Shown here: positions 1-8,806 of the stretch, piece by piece | How the letters are laid out: each line of letters begins with the position of its first letter | Numbering within the stretch: the first letter of the stretch is position 1 | Source of the DNA: an uncultured Opitutales bacterium | Lineage (GTDB): Bacteria; Verrucomicrobiota; Verrucomicrobiia; Opitutales; Intestinicryptomonadaceae | Length of the DNA stretch: 32,000 nt | Assembly: GCA_934660865.1 (NCBI GenBank) | Contig: CAKUIA010000018.1 | Location: 16,363-48,362 of the forward strand | Direction of reading: 5' to 3' | The notes under the pieces: generated by a model | The model's input: only the letters and a program-made list of their open reading frames with translations | What the model was told of the DNA's origin: nothing | Databases searched by the model: none | Program-made: the position numbers and the translations under genes

Positions 1-506
1 ATTTCGCCGGCGCCGAGTTCTTCCACCTTCTTTGCCCATTCAACGGCGTCCAGCTCGGTTTGTTTGCGGCCGCCGTGGGTAAATACGCCCCATTTGCCGT
101 CGCCTATTTTCTTTGCGTCTATGGCGGCAACTATGCACTGGTTGCCGAATTTTTCGGAGGCGTCGGCTATAAGTTTCGGGTTTAAAATTGCGGCTGTGTT
201 AAGCGAAACTTTGTCGGCCCCCGCGTTTAACATTCGGCGTATGTCGTCGGTAGTGCGCAGCCCGCCGCCAACCGTAAGGGGCATAAAACACACGTCGGCT
301 GTGCGTTCCACAACGTCTACCATAATGTTTCGGTTGTCGCTGGAGGCCGTTATGTCTAAAAATACAAGCTCGTCGGCTCCCTGCTTTTCGTAGGCTTTTG
401 CCTGCTCTACCGGGTCGCCCGCATCTATTAGGTCTAAAAAGTTTACACCCTTTACAACTCTGCCCGCCTTTACGTCGAGGCACGGGATAATTCTTACACT
501 AAGCAT
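1..506 (-). CDS. hisF: imidazole glycerol phosphate synthase cyclase subunit HisF (3' end cut by window edge)
   Basis: Absent from the ORF track because it runs off the window edge. The reverse-strand frame from ATG (complement of 504-506) reads without stops: [60 protein letters not shown]...[30 protein letters not shown]...[24 protein letters not shown]. This is a canonical HisF N-terminal two-thirds. Track ORFs 64-393(+) and 199-483(-) are shadow frames of this gene. Confidence 0.9.
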   Translation of the reverse strand, partial: MLSVRIIPCLDVKAGRVVKGVNFLDLIDAGDPVEQAKAYEKQGADELVFLDITASSDNRNIMVDVVERTADVCFMPLTVGGGLRTTDDIRRMLNAGADKVSLNTAAILNPKLIADASEKFGNQCIVAAIDAKKIGDGKWGVFTHGGRKQTELDAVEWAKKVEELGAGE

Positions 507-2136
507 TTTTAAAAGTCGCGTTTATTTCTATTTGTTCCGACGGGTTTACAAGTATGTCGCCCTCGTTTGCCATAACCGAGTCGTTAAGCCAAACCGAAAG
601 TCGGGCGGGCTCGTCGAAATCTTCGGGAGCGTATTGCCATTTGCCTATTTCCAAAAACTGCATGGGCACTCCCTTTTGCTCGCCGTTTTTCCTTACATAG
701 GGCTTGTTGCCTATCCCTACAAGCGCGTTTACAATAAGGCAGGTTTTCCCTTCCTTTGCCTTTTTTGGCTTCTTTTCGGCGGGGGGTAGGTCGTCGAAAA
801 GCATAGTTTGGGGGCTTTCCTTTTGCGGTTTTTCGCCCCCGGTTTTTTTGTCGGAGCCTTCGGTATTCGCCTTTTCCTCCTCAAAATCTTCTTCGGCGTT
901 TACGGGCAAATTCAGTATGTCTTCTATAATGCTTTTATCGCTTTTTTTACCGCTGCCGTCCAAAAACGAAAAGTCGTCCATATTCGGGTTTATTTCAACC
1001 GCGTCTTTGCCGAATACGGGAAAAATTCCCCCGTTGTTTTCTTCGTCGGCGTCTTCGCCGCTTTCGGGGAAGCTTTCTATGCCGTCTTCGTTTTCGGGCT
1101 TTTCGCCGTCTTCGGCGGGTGCGCTTTCGCCTTTTGCTTCGTCTTGCGGTGTGCCTTTATCCAGCATTTTGTCTATAAAAGACTTTGTGGAATTTTTCTG
1201 CGAATTTGAAATTGCCTTTTTTAACACTCCCGAAAGCTCTTCGGGCAACGCCCCTTTGTCGATGTCGTGCGCGATTGGCTCCTGCACGATTTCGTTGTCT
1301 TCTATGTCTAGGTTTTCGACTTTTTCTTCGCTTTCGCCGGCGTCTTCGTCGTATTCGGTTTCGTCTATACGGTTTTCTATGTAGCCTAGCCTTTCGCTAA
1401 GCGTCTTTAGCCTGCTTTCGTATTCGGCCGCCTTGCTGGAAAGCTCGTCGGCTCTGCCGGTAAGCTCGTCGGTTTTGTCCGACAAAATGTTTGCCTTGTC
1501 GGCAAGCTCTTCGGTTTTTGTGCTTGCCTGCAGTGCGTTTTGGTTTGCGCTTTCAAGGTGCTTTTCGTCCGACGAAATTTTTTCGTCTACCGCGTCAAGT
1601 CTCGCCAAAGCCGAATCTACATCGCCCGAAAGGGCGTCTATCTTTTCGGTTAGTTCGTCCCTTACGGCTTGCAGTTCGTTGTCGTTGCTTTGGGTGTTGT
1701 TAGCCTCAAAAGCCGACAGTTTTTCGGCAAGCTCCCTAATTTCCGACGAGCATTTTTTCAGCGAAACCGACTTTTCGGCAAGTTGGTTTTTAAGCTCGCA
1801 AAGCTGCGAAAAAGTTTCCTGCAAATTTGTGGCCGTTGCGCTTTGCGCGCTTTTTATAGAGTTTGTCTCCCTAAAGAGAATGTTGAATGCCTCCTCGATT
1901 TTTGCGTCTTTTTTAAGGCTTTCGGCGTTTGCCGAAAATTTTGAGGATTTATAATCAAGCAAAAACGGCACAAGCGAAGTTGCCGCGGCAACCGCTGTCA
2001 TCAGCATGCAAACTGCCGCCGTCGAAAAGGGTATAACTTCGCCGTTTGCCGTATACGAAAATACCACAAGCAAAACGGCCACAATTTGCAGGGCGTCGGC
2101 CAAATACAATGCCCAAATCGGCGGCGATTTTTTCAT
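499..2136 (-). CDS. membrane-anchored coiled-coil protein with a long acidic low-complexity region (function unknown)
   Basis: 545-aa ORF. It has two N-terminal hydrophobic helices ([22 protein letters not shown] and [21 protein letters not shown]). These are followed by roughly 200 aa of heptad-like L/E/K/S/A-rich sequence and a long D/E-rich segment. An approximately 85-aa C-terminal region ([20 protein letters not shown]...EINATFKNA) looks globular. The stop codon (complement of 499-501) lies 8 nt inside hisF. I recognise no family. Confidence 0.75.
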   Translation of the reverse strand: MKKSPPIWALYLADALQIVAVLLVVFSYTANGEVIPFSTAAVCMLMTAVAAATSLVPFLLDYKSSKFSANAESLKKDAKIEEAFNILFRETNSIKSAQSATATNLQETFSQLCELKNQLAEKSVSLKKCSSEIRELAEKLSAFEANNTQSNDNELQAVRDELTEKIDALSGDVDSALARLDAVDEKISSDEKHLESANQNALQASTKTEELADKANILSDKTDELTGRADELSSKAAEYESRLKTLSERLGYIENRIDETEYDEDAGESEEKVENLDIEDNEIVQEPIAHDIDKGALPEELSGVLKKAISNSQKNSTKSFIDKMLDKGTPQDEAKGESAPAEDGEKPENEDGIESFPESGEDADEENNGGIFPVFGKDAVEINPNMDDFSFLDGSGKKSDKSIIEDILNLPVNAEEDFEEEKANTEGSDKKTGGEKPQKESPQTMLFDDLPPAEKKPKKAKEGKTCLIVNALVGIGNKPYVRKNGEQKGVPMQFLEIGKWQYAPEDFDEPARLSVWLNDSVMANEGDILVNPSEQIEINATFKNA

Positions 2137-2161
2137 ACTCTAAAAACTTTTGTTGGTGTTG

Positions 2162-3172
2162 TTATTTTTTGGGGGCTTGGTAAAAGCCGGCTTTTCTCCA
2201 AACCTTGCCCAATATTTTGTTTGCCCTATATTGCGCCTTTTGTATGCCCGACTCGAATACCGATTCAAGATACGCTTTGTCGTTTACAAGGCTTAAATAC
2301 TTTTCCCTTACGGGGGCTAAATGGGCAATCAAAGCGTCGGCAACGGCGCTTTTAAAGTCTCCGTAGCCTTTGCCCGCAAACTCGTTTTCTATTTCGGCGT
2401 AGCTTTTTGCCGTTATAGCCGAATATATGTTCATCAGGTTTGCAATGCCCTTTTTGTTTTCGGCGTCGAACCTTACGCACGAGTCGGAATCGGTAACCGC
2501 GCCCATAAGCTTCTTTTTAATTGCGGTCGGCTCGTCTACAACATACACAACCGCGTTTTGGTTTTTGTCGGATTTCGACATTTTGGATTCCGGATTTTGC
2601 AAAGACATAATCCTTGCGCCCGCCTTCGGGATTGAAGCTTCGGGAATCTTGAAGGTGTCGGAATATTTTAGGTTGAATTTTTGCGCCAAATCGCGCGCCA
2701 ATTCCATATGCTGTTTTTGGTCTTCGCCTACGGGAACAATGTCGGCATTGTATAGCAGAATGTCGGAGGCCATAAGCACGGGGTAATACAAAAGCCCGCT
2801 GCCTATAAACGAAGTCTGTTTTTTTGCCTTGTCCTTAAACTGAGTCATTCTTTCGAGGGCGCCTACGGGGCACAAACACGCCAAAACCCACGCCAAATCG
2901 GAATGCCCGTGAACGGCGCTTTGCGGGAAAATTGCGCTTTCGGGGTTAAGGCCGCAGGCCAGATACTGCGCAAGGCAGTCGTATACGTTTTTGCGCAGGT
3001 CGGCGGGGGTGTAGGGCACGGTTATTGCGTGCATGTCGGCTATGCCGAAATAACATTCCTCTTTGTTCGACAAATCCACCCAATATTTAATCGCCCCAAG
3101 GTAATTGCCCAGGTGCAGTTTGCCGGTGGGCTGTGCGCATGTTAAAACAACTTTCTTATTTTCTTCGTTCAT
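2162..3172 (-). CDS. trpS: tryptophan--tRNA ligase
   Basis: Class I aaRS motifs are present: VVLTCAQPTGKLHLGNYLGA (HIGH region) and SKMSKSD (KMSKS). The size is typical of bacterial TrpRS. I place the start at the internal ATG (MNEENKK..., complement of 3170-3172). The ORF-track start at 3214 is the alternative. Confidence 0.92.
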   Translation of the reverse strand: MNEENKKVVLTCAQPTGKLHLGNYLGAIKYWVDLSNKEECYFGIADMHAITVPYTPADLRKNVYDCLAQYLACGLNPESAIFPQSAVHGHSDLAWVLACLCPVGALERMTQFKDKAKKQTSFIGSGLLYYPVLMASDILLYNADIVPVGEDQKQHMELARDLAQKFNLKYSDTFKIPEASIPKAGARIMSLQNPESKMSKSDKNQNAVVYVVDEPTAIKKKLMGAVTDSDSCVRFDAENKKGIANLMNIYSAITAKSYAEIENEFAGKGYGDFKSAVADALIAHLAPVREKYLSLVNDKAYLESVFESGIQKAQYRANKILGKVWRKAGFYQAPKK

Positions 3173-3230
3173 TTTTTTAGCGGATAATATTTGCAAAAAA
3201 GCTTTCCCTTTCAAGCTTATATTGCTTTGT

Positions 3231-4517
3231 TTACGGCGAATATTTTTCGAATGCGGCGGCTTTTGACGATGGCAGTTTTACGGTAAGCTCCACGCAGTAG
3301 TCCAAGTCGCTTTTTTTGCGCACAGCCCCCAGTTTGTGCAGGGCTGCAATGGCGGCATAGTCTTGCCTCGGAATTTTAAGGAGCATAATGCGGCAGTCTT
3401 TGTTTACGGCGTGCTCTATTGCCCGCAAAAGACCATCCAAATTTGCGCCGGTTTTTGCGCTTACAAAAATCGCATTCGGGTAGCTTGCCGCAAGTTGCGC
3501 CCTTAAAAAGCCGTCTTTAAGTTTGTCGCATTTGTTAAAGACCAGCAGCGTTTCCTTATCGGCAACGCCCAATTCCCTTAAAACATTGTTTGTAGTTTGT
3601 ATGTGCTCGAAGGCGTCTTGGCTGCTGCAGTCTACCAAATGCAGCAAGAAATCGGCGTTTACGGCCTCCTCTAAAGTAGACTTAAAGGCCTCTACAAACT
3701 GGTGGGGCAAATTTCTTACAAAGCCCACGGTGTCGGTAAGCAAAACGGTTTGACCGCCCGAAAGCTTAAGCCTGCGCGTTGTGGGGTCTAGCGTGGCAAA
3801 AAGCTTGTCTTGGGCGAGAACGTCGGCATTGGAAAGGGCATTTAACAGCGAAGATTTGCCCGCATTTGTGTAGCCGACTATTGCGGCGGTGGGCACTGGC
3901 ACTCTCTGGCGCCTTTTGCGCTGCGTGCTGCGCTGCTTTTTTACCTCTAAAAGCTGCTTTTTTAGCGCCGCAATTCTTTCCCTTACGCGGCGTTGGTCCA
4001 GCTCTAGCTGGCTTTCGCCTTCGCCTCGCTGGGTAACGCCGCCGCCCCTTTGCCTGCTAAAGTGGTTCCACGCGCGCTTTAAACGCGGCAGGGAATATTC
4101 CAGCTTTGCAAGCTCTACTTGCAAGGTTGCCTCTTTTGTTTTGGCGCGTCGGGCAAAAATTTCCAAAATTATTTCGTGGCGGTCTATCACGCAAAGGTTT
4201 GCAAGCTTTTCCCAGTTGCGCTGCTGGGTGGGGCTTATCTCGTTGTCGAATACTACAAGTTTTGCCCGGTTTTCCTCTGCCGTTTTTATTATTTCTTCGG
4301 CCTTGCCCGAGCCTATAAGCAACTGCGGCGAAAATTCCCTTACGCTTACAACAATTTTTTTGCGGCACGCAATGCCCAAGTTTTTGCAAAGCTCCTCAAG
4401 CTCGTCTATAAGGCTTTGCGCGTTTTGTAGAGTTTGGTCGGCCTTTCTTACCGCAACTAAAACGGCGTTGTTTGATATGTTTTTATACGGGTCTTTGTTC
4501 GGGGGTGTTTGCGGCAT
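3231..4517 (-). CDS. hflX: GTPase HflX
   Basis: 428 aa. An HflX-type N-terminal domain is followed by a coiled linker and a G domain: G1 GYTNAGKSSLLNAL, G3 LTDTVGF, G4 FNKCDK. Confidence 0.9.
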   Translation of the reverse strand: MPQTPPNKDPYKNISNNAVLVAVRKADQTLQNAQSLIDELEELCKNLGIACRKKIVVSVREFSPQLLIGSGKAEEIIKTAEENRAKLVVFDNEISPTQQRNWEKLANLCVIDRHEIILEIFARRAKTKEATLQVELAKLEYSLPRLKRAWNHFSRQRGGGVTQRGEGESQLELDQRRVRERIAALKKQLLEVKKQRSTQRKRRQRVPVPTAAIVGYTNAGKSSLLNALSNADVLAQDKLFATLDPTTRRLKLSGGQTVLLTDTVGFVRNLPHQFVEAFKSTLEEAVNADFLLHLVDCSSQDAFEHIQTTNNVLRELGVADKETLLVFNKCDKLKDGFLRAQLAASYPNAIFVSAKTGANLDGLLRAIEHAVNKDCRIMLLKIPRQDYAAIAALHKLGAVRKKSDLDYCVELTVKLPSSKAAAFEKYSP

Positions 4518-4571
4518 ATATTCTTCGCTTTAAGATTGTCTTAAAACGGCGCACAATGCAACAATAATAGT

Positions 4572-4600
4572 TTGACAGGCACAAAGGCTACTGCGAATAT
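4572..4600 (+). promoter_or_regulatory. possible sigma70-type promoter for the holA-like gene (TTGACA, 17-nt spacer, GAATAT)
   Basis: TTGACA lies at 4572-4577. A 17-nt spacer separates it from GAATAT at 4595-4600, which is a weak -10 (3/6). The ATG at 4607 is only 6 nt downstream, and I see no Shine-Dalgarno sequence. Confidence 0.25.
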
Positions 4601-4606
4601 TTTTGT

Positions 4607-5704
4607 ATGGTATATCTTGTATTGGCAGACGACGAATTTATAGCCGACAACGCGGCAAAATCGATATTTTCGGAATTGTCCAAAAAAGTAGACGACGAAT
4701 ATTCAAACGAAATTATAGAGGCCATGTGCACAACAGCCGACGAAGCCGTAAAGGCGTGCGCGGCCGCGGTAGAGTCTATGATGACAGTTTCGATGTTTTC
4801 GCCGAGAAAAAACGTTTGGGTAAGAAACGCCAATATATTTTCGGAAAACAGGGCGGCAAAGTCGCAGGCCGCGGCCGAAGCGGTAGAAAAACTGGTTGCC
4901 GCAGCCAAAAGCCTTGCCGACAGCCAGGACGTTGGCGTTGTAATTAGCGCGTGCGGGGCCGACAGGCGCAAAAAGGCATTAAAAGAGCTTATGTCGTTTG
5001 CCGAAGTTAGCGATTTAAAGGCTTCGAACGCAGCCCAGGCGTGCCAAAAGCTTGTTTTGCAGACCTGCGAAAAATGCGGGGTAAAAATCGAGGAAGACGC
5101 CCTTTATGCGCTTGTAAACACGGTGGCCGCCTCTCCGAGAATGGTCGTTAGCGATACCGAAAGGCTTGCCGCCTACTTGGGCTTTAACGGCACAATTACC
5201 GAGCAGCTTGTTTCGCAAAATGTTCCCGTTTTCGGCGAGGGCGACTTCTTTGAAATAAACACCGCATTTTACGACGGCGACTTGCCCGCGGCATTGTCGG
5301 CGCTGCACCGCAGGTTTTTTACCGACAAAAACGCGTCGGCGCGCCAGATATTGGCGGGCCTGGTAAACCAAAACTCGATATTGATACAAATAAGGGCGCT
5401 GGTAGACAGCGGCGTGCTAAAAGCATCGCCTACGGGAATATACAAGGCGTCTTTCGAGGCGCTGTCTATGCAAATGGCCGACGACTTTGGCGGAGCTTCC
5501 AACAAAACCCCCTACAATGTGTTTTCGCAAAACTCGTGGTATGTATGCAACAAGCTTGCTCTAATAGCGTTAAAGTTTTCGCTAAAAAGGCTTATAAATT
5601 TCCAAATGTATTTTGTAGAGGCTTTCCGCAACCTCATAGCAAGGGGGGCGGCTTCCGACGAATCGGTTATGGCCGAGCTTTTTGTAAAATGCTCCATAAA
5701 GTAG
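4607..5704 (+). CDS. holA: DNA polymerase III delta subunit (HolA)-like protein
   Basis: 365 aa. The N-terminus is of the HolA type (VYLVLADDEFIADNAAKSIF). A MFSPRKNVWVRNANIF block follows, then GVVISACGADRRKKALKEL, then a ...CGVKIEEDALYALVNTV...DTERLAAYLG pattern. These match the delta-subunit layout by eye. I could not run a profile search. Confidence 0.55.
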   Translation: MVYLVLADDEFIADNAAKSIFSELSKKVDDEYSNEIIEAMCTTADEAVKACAAAVESMMTVSMFSPRKNVWVRNANIFSENRAAKSQAAAEAVEKLVAAAKSLADSQDVGVVISACGADRRKKALKELMSFAEVSDLKASNAAQACQKLVLQTCEKCGVKIEEDALYALVNTVAASPRMVVSDTERLAAYLGFNGTITEQLVSQNVPVFGEGDFFEINTAFYDGDLPAALSALHRRFFTDKNASARQILAGLVNQNSILIQIRALVDSGVLKASPTGIYKASFEALSMQMADDFGGASNKTPYNVFSQNSWYVCNKLALIALKFSLKRLINFQMYFVEAFRNLIARGAASDESVMAELFVKCSIK

Positions 5705-5719
5705 AACGCAATAGGCCTT

Positions 5720-7096
5720 ATGAGATTTGTTTTGCCGATATTTTTTGTTTTTTGCGCGCAGCTTTTTGCGGTAGACGCAAATTTGTACAATTCGCTTAGA
5801 AACGCTTTCGACTATACGGGCTTTCCCGAAATCGCCAAAAGCGATGTAGAAAACATAAAAAAGCTTGCGGCAAGCGACGCCGACGCGATGTATTGCATGG
5901 GCGTTTTGGCGTTTAGGGGGCTCGGCAAGGTTGAAAGGAACAATTACGAGGCCTTAAAATATTTCACAAATTCCTCTATATTCGGCAATGTAGACGCGCT
6001 TGCGGCGGTAGGCTATTTTTATATGGAGGGCATTGCCCTAAAACAAAATCCCGAAAACGCCGTAAACTATTTTAAAAGGGCGCTGCCTTCGCCGCTTGCA
6101 ACAAATTTTTTGGGTGTGTGCCACCTTAGGGGCTTTGGGGTGGAAAAGTCCGAACAGAAAGCCGAAGACCTGTTTAACGACGCAATAAAGGCGGGGAACC
6201 TAAGGGCCAAAATTTCGCTGGCAATGTGCAAAATGGGCGGCAAAAACAGGGACTTACAACTGGCGTTGTCGCTTTTAAAAGAGGCGGCCAACGGCGCAAA
6301 TGCCATAGCCCAATGCAATATTGCAACCTTTTACCTAAAGGGGGCGTTCGGGGAAAAAGAGCCAAAGCAGGCGTATTTGTGGTTCGAAAAATCGGCAACA
6401 ATGCAATATCCGCCAGCGCAGCTTGCGTTGTCTAAGCTGTATTTAGAGGGCAACGGCACCGAAAAAGACGCAAACAAGGCCTTGTATTGGGCGCAAAGGG
6501 CGGCGTATAACGGCAGTGCCGAGGCGATGAATACGGCGGGCTTAATGCTTTCGGGCAAAATATCGGGCGTAGGGCTAGATCCTAAATTGGCGTTTGAGTA
6601 TTTTAGAAATTCCGTCGATAACGGATACGAAAAGGCTTTGGACAATTTGGGCGACTGCCATTTTTACGGAGTTGGAACTGAGCGCGATTTTAAGGAGGCC
6701 GCAAGGTATTATAGAAGGGCGGCATATAAAAACAGCGCATACTCGCAAACAATGCTTGCCCAAATTAAGCTGGAGGGTTTGGACGGCAGGCGCAACAGCC
6801 GCGAGGCCGTAAGGTGGCTAAAAAAGGCGGCCGACGCGGGCTATGTGGAGGCTCAAAGCCGCTTGGGTGCGGTTTTGCTAGAAGACGATTCCGACAAGGG
6901 AAATGCAGCCGAGGCGGTGCGCTATCTAAAAAAAGCCGCCGACGCCGACAACCCCGAGGCTTTGGGCAACCTGGGAGCATGCTATGCCATTGGTATGGGC
7001 GTTACCAAAAATAGGGACGAAGCCGTGCGTCTTTTAAAGCGCGCGGCCGTGCTCGGCAACGAAGACGCCGCTCGCGCCCTGGGCCGCCTAAGATAA
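5720..7096 (+). CDS. secreted Sel1-repeat (TPR-like) protein
   Basis: 458 aa. The N-terminus is signal-like (MRFVLPIFFVFCAQLFA). About ten tandem ~36-aa units follow the Sel1 pattern, for example AMYCMGVLAFRGLGKVERNNYEALKYFTNSS and AEAQSRLGAVLLED...AAEAVRYLKKAA. Confidence 0.85.
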   Translation: MRFVLPIFFVFCAQLFAVDANLYNSLRNAFDYTGFPEIAKSDVENIKKLAASDADAMYCMGVLAFRGLGKVERNNYEALKYFTNSSIFGNVDALAAVGYFYMEGIALKQNPENAVNYFKRALPSPLATNFLGVCHLRGFGVEKSEQKAEDLFNDAIKAGNLRAKISLAMCKMGGKNRDLQLALSLLKEAANGANAIAQCNIATFYLKGAFGEKEPKQAYLWFEKSATMQYPPAQLALSKLYLEGNGTEKDANKALYWAQRAAYNGSAEAMNTAGLMLSGKISGVGLDPKLAFEYFRNSVDNGYEKALDNLGDCHFYGVGTERDFKEAARYYRRAAYKNSAYSQTMLAQIKLEGLDGRRNSREAVRWLKKAADAGYVEAQSRLGAVLLEDDSDKGNAAEAVRYLKKAADADNPEALGNLGACYAIGMGVTKNRDEAVRLLKRAAVLGNEDAARALGRLR

Positions 7097-7145
7097 AAAA
7101 AAGCTTTACAAAACCGCAAAAGGGTACATCATTTGAACCATAATT

Positions 7146-7161
7146 ATAAACATAAGTTTAT
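7146..7161. promoter_or_regulatory. 6-bp inverted repeat ATAAAC-ATAA-GTTTAT upstream of acpP (possible operator)
   Basis: Perfect 6-bp arms (7146-7151 and 7156-7161) lie 28 nt upstream of the acpP ATG. The region is AT-rich, so a chance occurrence is plausible. Confidence 0.2.
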
Positions 7162-7188
7162 ACACAAATAACCATAAGAAATAAAACT

Positions 7189-7446
7189 ATGTCAGACATT
7201 GAAAAAAGAGTAAAAGATATCATAGTAAAACAGCTCCAAGTTAACGAAGAGCAAATTACCCCCGAAGCGTCTTTTGTAGACGATTTGGGTGCCGATTCTC
7301 TCGATCAGGTTGAGCTTATAATGGCTTTTGAAGAAGAATTTAAGGACGATATTAAGGAAGAAATCCCCGAATCCGACGGCGAAAAGCTTACAACTGTCGG
7401 AAAGGTAATCGACTATATCAAAGAAAAATCGAAAGCCAACAATTAG
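7189..7446 (+). CDS. acpP: acyl carrier protein
   Basis: 85 aa. It carries [20 protein letters not shown], with the phosphopantetheine-attachment Ser in DSLD. It lies directly upstream of fabF. Confidence 0.95.
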   Translation: MSDIEKRVKDIIVKQLQVNEEQITPEASFVDDLGADSLDQVELIMAFEEEFKDDIKEEIPESDGEKLTTVGKVIDYIKEKSKANN

Positions 7447-7480
7447 TTGCAAGATTATAGCTAGATAATTTTTGTAGAAT

Positions 7481-7523
7481 ACCCGTTAGTTGGCTTTGCT
7501 TCTAACGGGTTTTCTGGTTTTTT
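7481..7523 (+). terminator. intrinsic terminator/attenuator between acpP and fabF
   Basis: A 9-bp perfect stem pairs ACCCGTTAG (7481-7489) with CTAACGGGT (7502-7510). The loop is 12 nt, and the T-rich tract TTTCTGGTTTTTT follows. Confidence 0.6.
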
Positions 7524-7558
7524 ACAACTTTGTTTATTTCAATTAGTTAGGATACGTT

Positions 7559-8806
7559 ATGAGCCAAGAGAGAATTGTTGTTACAGGTCTGGGCGTAATT
7601 TCGACTTTCGGCGACGGCATAGACGCTTTGTGGTCGAACCTTTGCGAGGGCAAAAGCGGTATAACATCGGTTAGCCTTTTCGACGCTTCGCAGCTAAACT
7701 GTCAGGTTGCTTCGGAATGCCGCAACTTTGTGGCCGAAAATTATATGGACGCAAAAGAGGCAAAACGCAGCGACAGGTACACCCACTTTGCAATGGCCGC
7801 AGCCAAGCTTGCCGTAAAAGACGCGGGGCTAGACCTTGAAAAGATGGATATGAACAGAATGGGCGTGCTAATCGGTTCCGGCGTAGGCGGTATGGATACT
7901 ATCGAAAAGCAGACAACCGCTTTCGTGCAAAGGGGGCCGCGCAGGGTTTCGCCCTTTATGATACCGAATCTTTTGGCGAATATGGCTTCGGGCGTTGTTG
8001 CAATAGCTTTGGGGGCTAAAGGTGTAAACTTTTCGGTTGTAAGCGCATGCGCAACCGGTACGCACGCCATAGGCGAGGCTATGCTTCACCTGCAGCTTGG
8101 CAAGGAAGACGTTATCTTAGCCGGCGGCAGCGAGGCTGCGGTAACCCCGCTAAGCTTTGCGGGCTTTTGCGCCATGAAGGCCATGGCCACAAACTTTAAC
8201 GACGAGCCTTCAAGGGCTTCGAGGCCTTTCGACGCCGACAGGTGCGGCTTTGTAATGGGCGAAGGCGCGGGCGTTTTGGTGCTTGAAAGGCTAGACCACG
8301 CCCTGGCAAGAGGCGCGAAAATATATTGCGAGCTTTCGGGCTACGGCGCAACATGCGACGCCTACCATATTACAAGCCCCGACATAGAGGGCAGGGGCTT
8401 GACCCACTGTCTGGAAAGGGTTTTAGACGACGCAAAAGTTTCGGTACAAGATGTAGACTATATAAACGCGCACGGAACTTCTACGCCCTACAACGACAAG
8501 TTCGAAACATTGGCAATACACAAGGTATTTGGCCCGTATGCAAAAGACCTTATGATTAGCTCTACAAAGAGCATGACAGGCCACCTGCTTGGGGCTGCGG
8601 GCGCGCTTGAAGCCGCAATTTGTGCAAAAACAATAGAAACGGGAATTGTTCCGCCTACAATAAACTACGAAAATCCGGACCCCGATTGCGATTTGGACTA
8701 CGTTCCCAACGTTGCAAGAAAGGCGAAGGTAGACACCGCCATTAGCACCAACTTGGGCTTTGGCGGGCACAACGGAACATTGTTATTTAAAAGGTATAAA
8801 CAGTAA
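7559..8806 (+). CDS. fabF: beta-ketoacyl-ACP synthase II
   Basis: 415 aa. The Cys-His-His triad is in context: SVVSACATGTHAIG, NAHGTSTPYNDK, TGHLLGAAG. It follows acpP, and an AGGA Shine-Dalgarno sequence precedes the ATG. Confidence 0.93.
   Translation: MSQERIVVTGLGVISTFGDGIDALWSNLCEGKSGITSVSLFDASQLNCQVASECRNFVAENYMDAKEAKRSDRYTHFAMAAAKLAVKDAGLDLEKMDMNRMGVLIGSGVGGMDTIEKQTTAFVQRGPRRVSPFMIPNLLANMASGVVAIALGAKGVNFSVVSACATGTHAIGEAMLHLQLGKEDVILAGGSEAAVTPLSFAGFCAMKAMATNFNDEPSRASRPFDADRCGFVMGEGAGVLVLERLDHALARGAKIYCELSGYGATCDAYHITSPDIEGRGLTHCLERVLDDAKVSVQDVDYINAHGTSTPYNDKFETLAIHKVFGPYAKDLMISSTKSMTGHLLGAAGALEAAICAKTIETGIVPPTINYENPDPDCDLDYVPNVARKAKVDTAISTNLGFGGHNGTLLFKRYKQ

Noticed and set aside
64-483. 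Track ORFs 64-393(+) and 199-483(-)
   Set aside because: Both lie entirely inside the open, edge-truncated HisF reading frame on the minus strand. That frame's translation is an unmistakable HisF. These two have Arg/Ser/Pro-rich shadow-frame composition.
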